A DNA stretch of 64,000 nt from an uncultured virus (IMG/VR IMGVR_UViG_3300042988_001938) (IMGVR_UViG_3300042988_001938); one strand, 5' to 3'. Shown: positions 18,086 through 26,067, numbered from the stretch's first letter. Translations and numbers: made by a program. Notes: generated by a model from the sequence alone, not told the origin.

Positions 18086-18449
18086 GTCTATCGTTTTTTG
18101 TTTGTTACACTACTCTAACAACTGACTTCTCAAAAATCACAAGTTTTTAAGAAATTCTGAAAAAACTTTAAGTTTTTTCTTGTTATACTATTCTAACAAC
18201 TGACTTCTCAAAAATCACAAGACTTTCAAAAAGCTTTAAGCTTTTTTACGTAAGAAACGAAAAAATGTTACAAACAAAAGTTTATCGCAGGTCTGGATTA
18301 CCCTTGCGCTTTCTGTTTCACTAGCGGGCTTACACTACTCTAACAACCCAATTCTCAAAAATCACAAGATTTTTTTTTATTTATTTTTGACTAATGTTGT
18401 GATTTTTGAGATGATAATTGTTAGTATTATGTAACCAAACAACAAAACA

Positions 18450-18623
18450 ATGACAAAGAAAATGAAAATATCAAGAGAGCAAATTCTGACAATGGAGCGA
18501 GCAATTCGCAGACAAGAAGAAATTGACGCTCGCCCGCTTGGTGGCTTCGCTGCAACGCACAAAGTCCACAAGAGCAAGAAGGCATACAACCGCAAGGAAA
18601 AGCACAAGGGGAGAGAATTTTAG
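18450..18623 (+). CDS. small basic protein, ArfA-like C-terminal motif (57 aa, not in ORF track)
   Basis: MTKKMKISREQ...HKVHKSKKAYNRKEKHKGREF; inverted motif 18398 plus GTAACCAAACAACAAAACA leader. Confidence 0.65.
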   Translation: MTKKMKISREQILTMERAIRRQEEIDARPLGGFAATHKVHKSKKAYNRKEKHKGREF

Positions 18624-19170
18624 CCCTTGTCGCCTATTTAAGGGGTCTAATGGATTAGCACCCTATACGACCCCCCTAGGGCTTAAATAAGGGGTCTATT
18701 TAGGCTCGCTCGGATAATAAGCCCCCTAAATACCAACCCCCCTGAGGAGGGTCCAGGACCGCTCACAAAATTTTCCCCAATTTTTTCCAAAATTTCTCAA
18801 CCAACGAATTCATATAGCCCCCAGAGGTTATAACACACAGTTAAAGCTCACAGGCGTTATAATTCTGGCTCAAAATTCTCAACCAATGAGCTACAAATAA
18901 AAAGAGGGGTACCCCAAAAAAGAGAGGGGGGGGTCGAAAAGTGCATCTGAAAAAATTTTTTCCCAAAAAAAAATAGTCAAAAATCTGGACCCTATTAACC
19001 ATCGGAATGACCAACGGAATTTTTACTAGAGAGTCTTGATGAATCCCTTACTGGGCGTGGTCTACAGAAGATTTACAACGAACGGAATTTTTTTTCTATC
19101 AACTAAGAAATAAGTTGACTCATCAAGCCATTCACTTACTTTTTTTTATTGGTGTAGTTATAATAAAAAT
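18624..19170. other. non-coding junction with G/C and A/T homopolymer tracts and short direct repeats (candidate origin / terminal-repeat boundary / pac region)
   Basis: taaggggtcta x2, ttctcaaccaa x2, cggaat x3, long runs; no ORF; marks the end of the motif array. Confidence 0.4.
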
Positions 19171-19173
19171 CGT

Positions 19174-19569
19174 ATGGGAAAATTTAAACCTTTTATTGAG
19201 CTTGAGCCTAAGAGGCCAAATAGATTTATTGTAGAACTTATAGGGACGGATGTTCAGAGTTGGGCAATATATGAGGCTAGAAGACCTGTGTACACACTGG
19301 AAGATGGGTGGCAGGACATTGAGATAGAGCTATTGGACCCGATTGGACCTTCAACATCTCAGGCTATATATAATGGAATTATAAATAAGGGCTTGAGAAA
19401 TCGTGAGATTCAAATAAAACTATTAGACCCTACTGGTATTGAAGTTGAGAAGTGGGAAATTAAGGGTGACTATAAGGTTATAAACTTCGGTGAACTTAGC
19501 TACTCTAGTGATGAATTAATGAAGATAAAAATAACATTCAAGGTATTATCTTGCAAACTGTGTTATTGA
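19174..19569 (+). CDS. T4 gp19-like tail tube family protein
   Basis: NRF.V, W.DI.I.L.DPI.PS, LLDPTG..VEKW, FGEL.Y.SD motifs. Confidence 0.8.
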   Translation: MGKFKPFIELEPKRPNRFIVELIGTDVQSWAIYEARRPVYTLEDGWQDIEIELLDPIGPSTSQAIYNGIINKGLRNREIQIKLLDPTGIEVEKWEIKGDYKVINFGELSYSSDELMKIKITFKVLSCKLCY

Positions 19570-19619
19570 TTTGACTATTTTTTCTATATTTAGAAGAAAT
19601 TAAAAACCTAAAAAACGTC

Positions 19620-19805
19620 ATGAAAAAAATATTTCTCTATATAGTCTCAGCCGTATTATTAACAACATACTCTTGCAAGACATCCAGTCATGGTAGTTGC
19701 GATGCATATGGCCAAGTAGAGGATAATCAAGAGAGCGATATTCATAAGCTGAATATTGAGGCCTCTAAGAAGTACATGACGGTTACAACGGTTAGACTAA
19801 ATTAA
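19620..19805 (+). CDS. small lipoprotein
   Basis: MKK + hydrophobic stretch + TYS-C lipobox-like site. Confidence 0.6.
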   Translation: MKKIFLYIVSAVLLTTYSCKTSSHGSCDAYGQVEDNQESDIHKLNIEASKKYMTVTTVRLN

Positions 19806-20022
19806 TAGAGGACTCTTCTCCGCAGTGGTCCTCATAGATTTTACATATTCTAAGCGCTGTCTCCATCTTGAGGCAAAATAGAAGGAACTCATCATTTGAC
19901 ACACCGTTCCAGGAGAAGTTAGCAGCCAGAAACTCATAGTATGCTCCTTCATAGAATTCTATGTATGAGGCCCAGCTTTGGTCTGGAAGTGAGTCTAAGT
20001 ATAATTGGCTTGGGATTTTCAA
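19792..20022 (-). CDS. HC-tail family small protein
   Basis: C-terminal ...KIYEDHC. Confidence 0.65.
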   Translation of the reverse strand: MKIPSQLYLDSLPDQSWASYIEFYEGAYYEFLAANFSWNGVSNDEFLLFCLKMETALRICKIYEDHCGEESSINLV

Positions 20023-20225
20023 GTGCAGTGTTTTTTTAGTGTTCTTAAATAAATAAGTTTGATGACATAATTTAGGTAAAATTTAGCAGCCCCTTGTCTA
20101 TCATACTCCAATGCAAGATTATATCTATACATATAATATTCTGCTTCTCCATAGACAGAATTATACTTGAGATTGATTATACCAGTATGTGGGTCAACTA
20201 TTGGCCTATTATCTCTCATGAGCAA
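20019..20225 (-). CDS. HC-tail family small protein
   Basis: Ends LKKHCT. Confidence 0.7.
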   Translation of the reverse strand: MLMRDNRPIVDPHTGIINLKYNSVYGEAEYYMYRYNLALEYDRQGAAKFYLNYVIKLIYLRTLKKHCT

Positions 20226-20443
20226 TATTTTTGGTGCATGATTTCAATTCTAAACTTTATGCTATTTATCAAGCTATTGAATAGCGGTTGAACCACAGCT
20301 TCTCTAGTAAACTTATCTGGTCCAATAATAAATTCACTTCCACTTGATGAATAAACCTTAAGCCCGTTGAAGTATTCGTCATACAGGACGTTAACTCTGG
20401 AATCTGTAATATCAAGAATTTCTTTAGTGTTAAAAATGAACAT
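20216..20443 (-). CDS. HC-tail family small protein (KYC variant)
   Basis: Ends IMHQKYCS. Confidence 0.7.
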   Translation of the reverse strand: MFIFNTKEILDITDSRVNVLYDEYFNGLKVYSSSGSEFIIGPDKFTREAVVQPLFNSLINSIKFRIEIMHQKYCS

Positions 20444-20693
20444 TGCAATGACTATTATAAATTTTTCTTAATTGAAGTCTGATTGACATCTCCAGAAATA
20501 TAGATGCAATTCTAGGAACGGAATCTATGAACTCAAGATATTCTTCATTATAGAATGAGATTGTTTCATCTATGGAGTTCTGCTCAAGACATTCATCTAG
20601 CCCATCGACTTCAAGCTCTCTCCACTCCAAGAGCTCATCATCATCGAAAGATGACCAGAATTCTTCTCTTATATTTCCACTATCAGATGTCAC
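20430..20693 (-). CDS. HC-tail family small protein
   Basis: Ends KIYNSHCNVHF. Confidence 0.7.
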   Translation of the reverse strand: MTSDSGNIREEFWSSFDDDELLEWRELEVDGLDECLEQNSIDETISFYNEEYLEFIDSVPRIASIFLEMSIRLQLRKIYNSHCNVHF

Positions 20694-20941
20694 TGGCAGT
20701 GTTTTGATTTAATTATTGCTGTCCTAATTGGTATTATTCTCCTCAGGCAATCTATTGCATCATGATATTCCCCAGCCTCTAAATTAATTGTTAGCATAAG
20801 CTCAGGGCGGTCTAGCTTATTTAAGCCCGTTGGCTCATAGCTCTTACCATTGATTTTATATGATACAATTTTTTGAGTATCATCAATAATTAGCGACATA
20901 GAAATGTTACTGTTCCAATTTTTATGATGAATAAAATCCAT
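20690..20941 (-). CDS. HC-tail family small protein
   Basis: Ends IIKSKHCQ. Confidence 0.7.
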   Translation of the reverse strand: MDFIHHKNWNSNISMSLIIDDTQKIVSYKINGKSYEPTGLNKLDRPELMLTINLEAGEYHDAIDCLRRIIPIRTAIIKSKHCQ

Positions 20942-20970
20942 GAAAACTCCTATAACCTCATCCTTATGCT

Positions 20971-21387
20971 TCAGAACTCATATACATTTTTAACTCTCAA
21001 CATCTTCTGGGATAGCCTAGCATACTTCTTAGGCTCATCATTGAACGACAGGTGATGAAGTCCATCAATAAAATTCTCAAGTCTCTCCTCAACTTCTCCT
21101 TCTCTTGCTCCTATAAGGTACAGGTGAGCCTTAAGCTCTGAGTCAGAGACTTCGTAGTTATATTGCTTGAAGGTGCAAGGGACGTTGCAGCTAACAAAGA
21201 TACTTGTAGGTCTCTCCTCTGGAATAAGAGTGACTGAACCACCAAGCTTCATAATTCTCTGGAGCAGATTCCTGGAGTTCTCAGATAGAGGCTGTATTTC
21301 AAACTTAAATTCCTTAAGCTGGACGCTGTAGGGATGAAGGGGAAGGGGAAGTTCAACAGTTGGGTCTGTAACTTGTTTCATATGCAA
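20971..21387 (-). CDS. hypothetical protein
   Basis: 138-aa ORF in a tightly packed minus-strand run. Confidence 0.7.
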   Translation of the reverse strand: MHMKQVTDPTVELPLPLHPYSVQLKEFKFEIQPLSENSRNLLQRIMKLGGSVTLIPEERPTSIFVSCNVPCTFKQYNYEVSDSELKAHLYLIGAREGEVEERLENFIDGLHHLSFNDEPKKYARLSQKMLRVKNVYEF

Positions 21388-21620
21388 TGTTTATTTTTTA
21401 TTTTCCTTATTATTAAAGTTATGAGATTTTTATATTCACTCAAGCAGGCTTCATAATTAATTTCAAGACCTCTTGAGTTAAGTTCTATTGCACTACTTAA
21501 CATAACATCTAAGTATTCAATATCATCGTCTATTGTCTTATTTTCACGAGAAGTTATTTCTATAAGAGCTTCAAAGATGTCAAATTTCTTAGATTTTTTT
21601 GATGTTAGTGAGTTATGCAC
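21378..21620 (-). CDS. HC-tail family small protein
   Basis: Ends KIKNKHCI. Confidence 0.7.
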   Translation of the reverse strand: MHNSLTSKKSKKFDIFEALIEITSRENKTIDDDIEYLDVMLSSAIELNSRGLEINYEACLSEYKNLITLIIRKIKNKHCI

Positions 21621-21918
21621 AGTGCTTATTTTTTATATTTTCAATCATTAATTTTATTAAATTTCTATTGGATGAGAAACAGACTTCTATATTACTGAGC
21701 CAACCTGCAAGAATAATAGGGTAGTAATGTTCAGCAGCTCTCCTATAGACTTCAATTTTCTTATCAATTGTTAATTCAATATTATTATTTTCACTTAAAG
21801 GTTCCATCGTCATTGATAAAAATGAATTCGTGCATGGGGTCAACTCTGAATATGAAGTATTCCTTCTCTCCAGAGCAAACCTCATAGTCACACTCAGTCT
21901 CTGTATCCCAGCAAACAA
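21613..21918 (-). CDS. HC-tail family small protein (true start probably ~21810)
   Basis: Ends NIKNKHCA. Confidence 0.6.
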   Translation of the reverse strand: MFAGIQRLSVTMRFALERRNTSYSELTPCTNSFLSMTMEPLSENNNIELTIDKKIEVYRRAAEHYYPIILAGWLSNIEVCFSSNRNLIKLMIENIKNKHCA

Positions 21919-22060
21919 TTAGGTCACCACCAATAATTACATTCTCCTGGCTGAGCTCATAGGTCTGCACAACAACGCCAAACTTAATTCCTCCAGCCTG
22001 GCAGACCTTATCACCCACCTCAAGAAACTCTCGATACTCTATGTCAATTACGTGTTGCAA
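21791..22060 (-). CDS. hypothetical protein
   Basis: TTG start embedded in the HC codons of the upstream gene. Confidence 0.65.
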   Translation of the reverse strand: MQHVIDIEYREFLEVGDKVCQAGGIKFGVVVQTYELSQENVIIGGDLIVCWDTETECDYEVCSGEKEYFIFRVDPMHEFIFINDDGTFK

Positions 22061-22461
22061 TGCTCTAACTTAATTTTTTCTGAATACAATATAATTTGTC
22101 TCATGATTAATTCTTCCATAAATTGAGTGTTCTTCCCAATACTGTGGCACTTAGTTATCTTAATATCATTATACCTAATCTTATCATAAAGTGACGCTTT
22201 ATTATATTCTGGAATAAATGCCATCTTAAATTCAAATGGAGTAGACCTATCTCTTCCAAGTATTTCAAACGTCTCTTCAAGTGTATATAAATCATACCCC
22301 ATCGCCATTAAGATTTGATTTAATCCACATGAATGAATTATCAAACTCAGGAGACTGGGCCCACTTGGCAGAGCCATTTCTAATAACCTTTGCTCCACAT
22401 TCTGGACATGGATTAGCTGTGTGAAGGTCCTCATAGAGTCCGATAAGACCGCAGTTCTCAT
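22048..22461 (-). CDS. HC-tail family protein (true start probably ~22308)
   Basis: Ends KIKLEHCNT. Confidence 0.6.
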   Translation of the reverse strand: MRTAVLSDSMRTFTQLIHVQNVEQRLLEMALPSGPSLLSLIIHSCGLNQILMAMGYDLYTLEETFEILGRDRSTPFEFKMAFIPEYNKASLYDKIRYNDIKITKCHSIGKNTQFMEELIMRQIILYSEKIKLEHCNT

Positions 22462-22678
22462 TTGAGCACTTATTCACATTTGCAAACGTTCCCTTAACAT
22501 ACCCGTGATACCTTGGCTTAAGATTCTTTGCCATTACCTTTATCAATCTAGGCATTGGAGGTGGGGAAGTTGCAATTCTCCTAAGGTCCCTAGGCTTCTC
22601 CTCCTGAGTATTCTTTCCTAGCTTATATCCAATAGCCATGAATAGTATGGATACAATTAAAAATTCAATCATTGTCAT
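22292..22678 (-). CDS. membrane-anchored zinc-ribbon protein
   Basis: N-terminal TM; CSNENC...CPECG. Confidence 0.7.
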   Translation of the reverse strand: MTMIEFLIVSILFMAIGYKLGKNTQEEKPRDLRRIATSPPPMPRLIKVMAKNLKPRYHGYVKGTFANVNKCSNENCGLIGLYEDLHTANPCPECGAKVIRNGSAKWAQSPEFDNSFMWIKSNLNGDGV

Positions 22679-22863
22679 GTGCAGTGTATTTTCATTATTC
22701 TATCAATCAAGAGTGGGATTTCACTTGTGAGTGAAATGGCTTCCATATATGTATTAAAAAAACTTATATATTGCATTGTGGACATAGGTGTTCCATTCAC
22801 AATTGTACCAGAAATTCTGGCAGAATCATCCCAAACAAGCTCAACATTAATGCTAAGAGACAT
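22675..22863 (-). CDS. HC-tail family small protein
   Basis: Ends RIMKIHCT. Confidence 0.7.
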   Translation of the reverse strand: MSLSINVELVWDDSARISGTIVNGTPMSTMQYISFFNTYMEAISLTSEIPLLIDRIMKIHCT

Positions 22864-23631
22864 TTATCGAATAATCTGAAGTGGTTTTCTTGCTCTAAAG
22901 TTATATAGCTTAAGAAGCTCATCAATAAGCATCTCCGCCTTTGGTTGGTCATGCACGATTGCGCTGGCAGACCTTAACTTCTCCTCCATCTGTGATGGCT
23001 TATATTCTGGGTGCAAGTAAAGTCTAAGAAGCGCACGAATGAATCTTTCCTTATCAGCGAAGTCGTAGTAATTTTGGAACATTTGTGCATGCTCGAAGAA
23101 ATCATCAATGTTGATGTCATCTCTAAACTGGAACACACCCTTCTTAACTAGGTCTGAATAGTTTCTGATAGAGTCGGTCATCTTACCAAAGTGTGAGATA
23201 ACTGATATTTTCTGCTTGTACTTAGCGGCAAGGTCCATCATTCTAATATAAGGCTCTCTATGTCTCTTAGCGTAGTGCTCAACATAGTCATTGATTCCCC
23301 AGTTCTTAGAAGCCTGGTTAATTTCTGCAGCAGCATAGATTTTAATGTCTCTGGAAACAATGAAGTAGATTGGCTTCCCAAGTTCCTTGCATGCAAGGAA
23401 TCTATTCTGTCCGTCAACGATGTTCATTTCCTTATCTACAAGGATTGGTTGATACATGGTGTAATCCTTTTCTCTAATGGAGTCACGCACTTTCTTATAG
23501 TGAGAAGGAACTCTGTTGAACTCGTTAAGCTTGAACTTGCTATAGTCTGTAGCAACCCAAATTTTAACTTCCGACTCAACCGCAAACGGTTCTTCACCAA
23601 CGGTTTCTGAATGATATTCTACGTCTAGCAT
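22864..23631 (-). CDS. ParB/Srx-like N-terminal domain protein
   Basis: PILVD...IVDGQNRFLAC motif. Confidence 0.75.
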   Translation of the reverse strand: MLDVEYHSETVGEEPFAVESEVKIWVATDYSKFKLNEFNRVPSHYKKVRDSIREKDYTMYQPILVDKEMNIVDGQNRFLACKELGKPIYFIVSRDIKIYAAAEINQASKNWGINDYVEHYAKRHREPYIRMMDLAAKYKQKISVISHFGKMTDSIRNYSDLVKKGVFQFRDDINIDDFFEHAQMFQNYYDFADKERFIRALLRLYLHPEYKPSQMEEKLRSASAIVHDQPKAEMLIDELLKLYNFRARKPLQIIR

Positions 23632-23708
23632 AATGAATAAAAATTTGTTATTAATTTATTTAGTAACAGCGAAGTTATGAAATGAAGATGATATTTGCAA
23701 ATTTTTTT

Positions 23709-23927
23709 TTATTTGCAGTGCCTATCTAGGATTTTTTGAATGAGGGCTGAAACCTTATCATCAAGTATTGCAAGGTCAATTTCTGCCTTCGCTATTGGTG
23801 TTAACTCAAGACCACCTCTAATACCAAGTATAGAAGCGCTGAAGCTCAATACAGAAGGGAACTCAAAAGTTTCACCTCCTTTAATCATGCGATTAAAAAA
23901 TTCTTCTGGTTTTAACAATTCACTCAC
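23709..23927 (-). CDS. HC-tail family small protein
   Basis: Ends KILDRHCK. Confidence 0.7.
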   Translation of the reverse strand: MSELLKPEEFFNRMIKGGETFEFPSVLSFSASILGIRGGLELTPIAKAEIDLAILDDKVSALIQKILDRHCK

Positions 23928-24081
23928 AGTGTTTAATTTTAATGTCTGTTAACAAGTGTTGTATTCTAGCTGCTAAAAATACAAACTCCAGTTTATTCTG
24001 GAACTCTGTGCTATTGAGCTTAGCAGCTGTTGGACTTGGTATATCGCTATACGTAATTCTCATCTTTATCTTCTTACTCAC
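23920..24081 (-). CDS. HC-tail family small protein (53 aa, not in track)
   Basis: Hand-translated; ends DIKIKHCE. Confidence 0.6.
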   Translation of the reverse strand: MSKKIKMRITYSDIPSPTAAKLNSTEFQNKLEFVFLAARIQHLLTDIKIKHCE

Positions 24082-24166
24082 AGTGCCTAGCTTTTATTTT
24101 ATTAATTAACTCAAGCAAGGATTTCTTAACAAAAAAAAGGCTTACCTTAACTTTTATATTACTCAC
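24074..24166 (-). CDS. HC-tail family minimal peptide (30 aa, not in track)
   Basis: GTG start; ...SLFFVKKSLLELINKIKARHCE; duplicate of the neighbour's 3' end. Confidence 0.5.
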   Translation of the reverse strand: MSNIKVKVSLFFVKKSLLELINKIKARHCE

Positions 24167-24329
24167 AGTGCTTATTTTTTATTTTATCAATTAACTCAAA
24201 CAAATCTTTCTTCACGAAGAAAAGATTTAGTCTAGCCATGAATTCATCTTCATTGATTGTTTTTGTGGTCCAAACCTTATTTACGTCAAACGATGGAGAG
24301 TTTGTATTTATATGTATGTCATCCGACAT
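24159..24329 (-). CDS. HC-tail family small protein (56 aa, not in track)
   Basis: MSDDIHINT...LFFVKKDLFELIDKIKNKHCE. Confidence 0.65.
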   Translation of the reverse strand: MSDDIHINTNSPSFDVNKVWTTKTINEDEFMARLNLFFVKKDLFELIDKIKNKHCE

Positions 24330-24332
24330 TGA

Positions 24333-24566
24333 TTAGCAGTGTTTTTTAAATATTTCGGAGTACTTAATTTCAGTTAGAACTCTTAGCATCGAGAGTTGTA
24401 GATTAAGGCCTCCAACTGAAAGTTTTTCTATGGCTGAGCCTGATGCTCCGACAGAGCGTGATTTACTGACTGGAGTCCAAGGGGTTGTAAAATCAACATC
24501 ATCAACACCCTTACTCAAGGCGGCCACTGATTGATACTTAGGCTTTCCTTTATCTGAATTGCTCAT
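24333..24566 (-). CDS. HC-tail family small protein
   Basis: Ends EIFKKHC; TAAATTTG box upstream. Confidence 0.7.
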   Translation of the reverse strand: MSNSDKGKPKYQSVAALSKGVDDVDFTTPWTPVSKSRSVGASGSAIEKLSVGGLNLQLSMLRVLTEIKYSEIFKKHC

Positions 24567-24592
24567 AGGTGCAAATTTAACAAATTAATAGC

Positions 24593-24826
24593 TCACTTGC
24601 AATGCTTTCTTATAATTTTATCAGTGATAATGACAACAAGGTTCTCAAGAGCCTTAATCTTAACACCATTGTCTGGGTGATTCCTTGAGATTGCATTAAG
24701 CCCTCTGACAACTTCATCCTCGGTGGATGAAATGCTCATATATATCTCTCCATCATAGACAAAGGAGCCTTTGCTATATTTTCCGAGGTCACGAAACTTA
24801 TCCCTATTGTATGAGAAGTCATCCAT
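24593..24826 (-). CDS. HC-tail family small protein
   Basis: Ends KIIRKHCK. Confidence 0.7.
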   Translation of the reverse strand: MDDFSYNRDKFRDLGKYSKGSFVYDGEIYMSISSTEDEVVRGLNAISRNHPDNGVKIKALENLVVIITDKIIRKHCK

Positions 24827-24960
24827 ACTAATAAATAGACATCAATTATTTCATATTATGAAAAAAATGAGTATATTTATAAATACGCTCGACCTGCCCA
24901 TGGAAGATGGGGGTTCTCAACTAAGAGTTCTTCAAGTGGGCTTCACATAAACTATTGATT

Positions 24961-25302
24961 ATGAAGAAGCTACTAATACTCGTTTTCTTAATGTTGTTCG
25001 GGAGCGCAGTCTCTCAAGAATCTCTTTTCGATGAAGAATGGCACCAAGGTCTAGGCAGTGACCTAGAGTACATTTGCTATCCAAGCTACACCAATGATAC
25101 ACTGAGTGTGAGGGTCTATAGGGGCACATCTGAGCAGCATCTTATGACAATTAAGAATGAAGTGGGAACTGTTGTCTACACGCAAGTGTTTAGCAGGGAA
25201 GAGGATTTGGACTTGTCCAAGCTTTGCAGTGGGGTGTACGTCCTAACTGTGTCAAATGATAAGACCAACCAATCTCAGGTAATTTTTGTTAGCATAAATT
25301 AA
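24961..25302 (+). CDS. signal peptide + T9SS (Por) C-terminal sorting-domain-like protein
   Basis: MKKLLIL signal; YP...D.L.V, I.N..G..V, LDLS.L.SGVYVL. Confidence 0.7.
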   Translation: MKKLLILVFLMLFGSAVSQESLFDEEWHQGLGSDLEYICYPSYTNDTLSVRVYRGTSEQHLMTIKNEVGTVVYTQVFSREEDLDLSKLCSGVYVLTVSNDKTNQSQVIFVSIN

Positions 25303-25376
25303 ACTCCTGGCAGCTTGGGCGAGGGGTAAAAATTGGGCTCAAAAAAAATTTTTGCGCTTTCCTGTTTTAAAGTTAA

Positions 25377-25697
25377 TTAGCAGTCGCTTGCATGGTCCTT
25401 GCAAAGCTTGTATGTTGCACAGTCTGGATTATCTTCATCGACTGGATTACCGCAGTAGCACTTATTGGGCCCAAGAGCTTTTTCTCTTGGAACAGCGTCA
25501 AGATGTTCAAGTAGCATTTTCTTAAATCTTTCATACCCATCTGCGAGTGAGAACTCTGAATCATCCAGACAAATTCCTATTCCATATAGGAAGTCATCAA
25601 TAATTGTCTTAACTGAATAACCCTCATGACCAAGTTGCTTGTCATAGGTATTCACGTAGTTCTTAAATTTTTCTAAGTCAAAATTTTCCATAATCAC
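25377..25697 (-). CDS. hypothetical protein with C-terminal Cys cluster
   Basis: CYCG...C...LC..H. Confidence 0.7.
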   Translation of the reverse strand: MIMENFDLEKFKNYVNTYDKQLGHEGYSVKTIIDDFLYGIGICLDDSEFSLADGYERFKKMLLEHLDAVPREKALGPNKCYCGNPVDEDNPDCATYKLCKDHASDC

Positions 25698-25888
25698 ATT
25701 ATATAAACATTTCCATCAATTATTACTGGGACTGGTGTGTAATCTGAGGAAACCTCTTGTCCCGTGCATATTGCATAAATTATTATTGCTAGGAGAACCA
25801 ATAGCAACGATGGCATAAGCAGCTTCATGACTATGTGCTCAAGCCAGGTATCATACTTACACTTTCTAAAGTAGTCAAAAAATATCAT
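25694..25888 (-). CDS. small membrane protein
   Basis: Single hydrophobic helix; overlapping start/stop. Confidence 0.65.
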   Translation of the reverse strand: MIFFDYFRKCKYDTWLEHIVMKLLMPSLLLVLLAIIIYAICTGQEVSSDYTPVPVIIDGNVYIM

Positions 25889-26067
25889 TGCTCACTATTT
25901 TCTGTTTCTGAAATGGAGTCAAATAGCTCAACGACTCCCATTACCCTCTGGTAGAACTCATTGAGGTCAACCTTGGTGACCACGCCTTGAACAGACTCGT
26001 CAAGCTCTCTATAGAGACTTTTCTCTCTGATGCTCTTAATTGTCTTGATTATATCTTGTGCTTCCAT
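25885..26067 (-). CDS. hypothetical protein
   Basis: Packed minus-strand run. Confidence 0.6.
   Translation of the reverse strand: MEAQDIIKTIKSIREKSLYRELDESVQGVVTKVDLNEFYQRVMGVVELFDSISETENSEQ

Larger units (their letters stand above)
34..18426. repeat. Dispersed 29-bp repeat family (~51 copies), coding-strand consensus TGTGATTTTTGAGA-N5-GTTGTTAGAG; putative phage early promoter / cassette boundary
   Basis: Minus-oriented copies (ctctaacaac-N5-tctcaaaaatcaca on +) start at 34,184,697,999,1260,1763,2192,2701,2949,3277,3602,3858,3991,4412,4901,6043,6632,6840,7212,7766,8267,9307,9674,9944,10528,10703,10847,11282,11605,11975,12242,12534,12814,13156,13882,14125,14429,14943,15332,15466,15704,16057,16323,16711,17055,17397,18113,18191,18338; inverted copies at 17117 and 18398; none seen after 18.43 kb. 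Confidence 0.97.

Noticed and set aside
34..18426. CRISPR array interpretation of the 29-bp repeat
   Set aside because: Intervals range from ~50 to over 1100 bp and contain whole genes, the repeat has a variable centre, and no cas genes are seen.
34..18426. Classical integron attC sites (GTTAGA before ATG resembles GTTRRRY)
   Set aside because: No inverse core or imperfect palindrome, length far below attC sites, and no integrase in the window; kept only as an analogy.
18377..18607. Minus-strand 76-aa ORF
   Set aside because: It is antisense to the 18450..18623 gene, which has a motif promoter, a typical leader and protein-like composition.
19792..24826. Diversity-generating retroelement explanation for the HC-tail family
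   Set aside because: No reverse transcriptase in the window and no template/variable repeat pair differing mainly at adenines.
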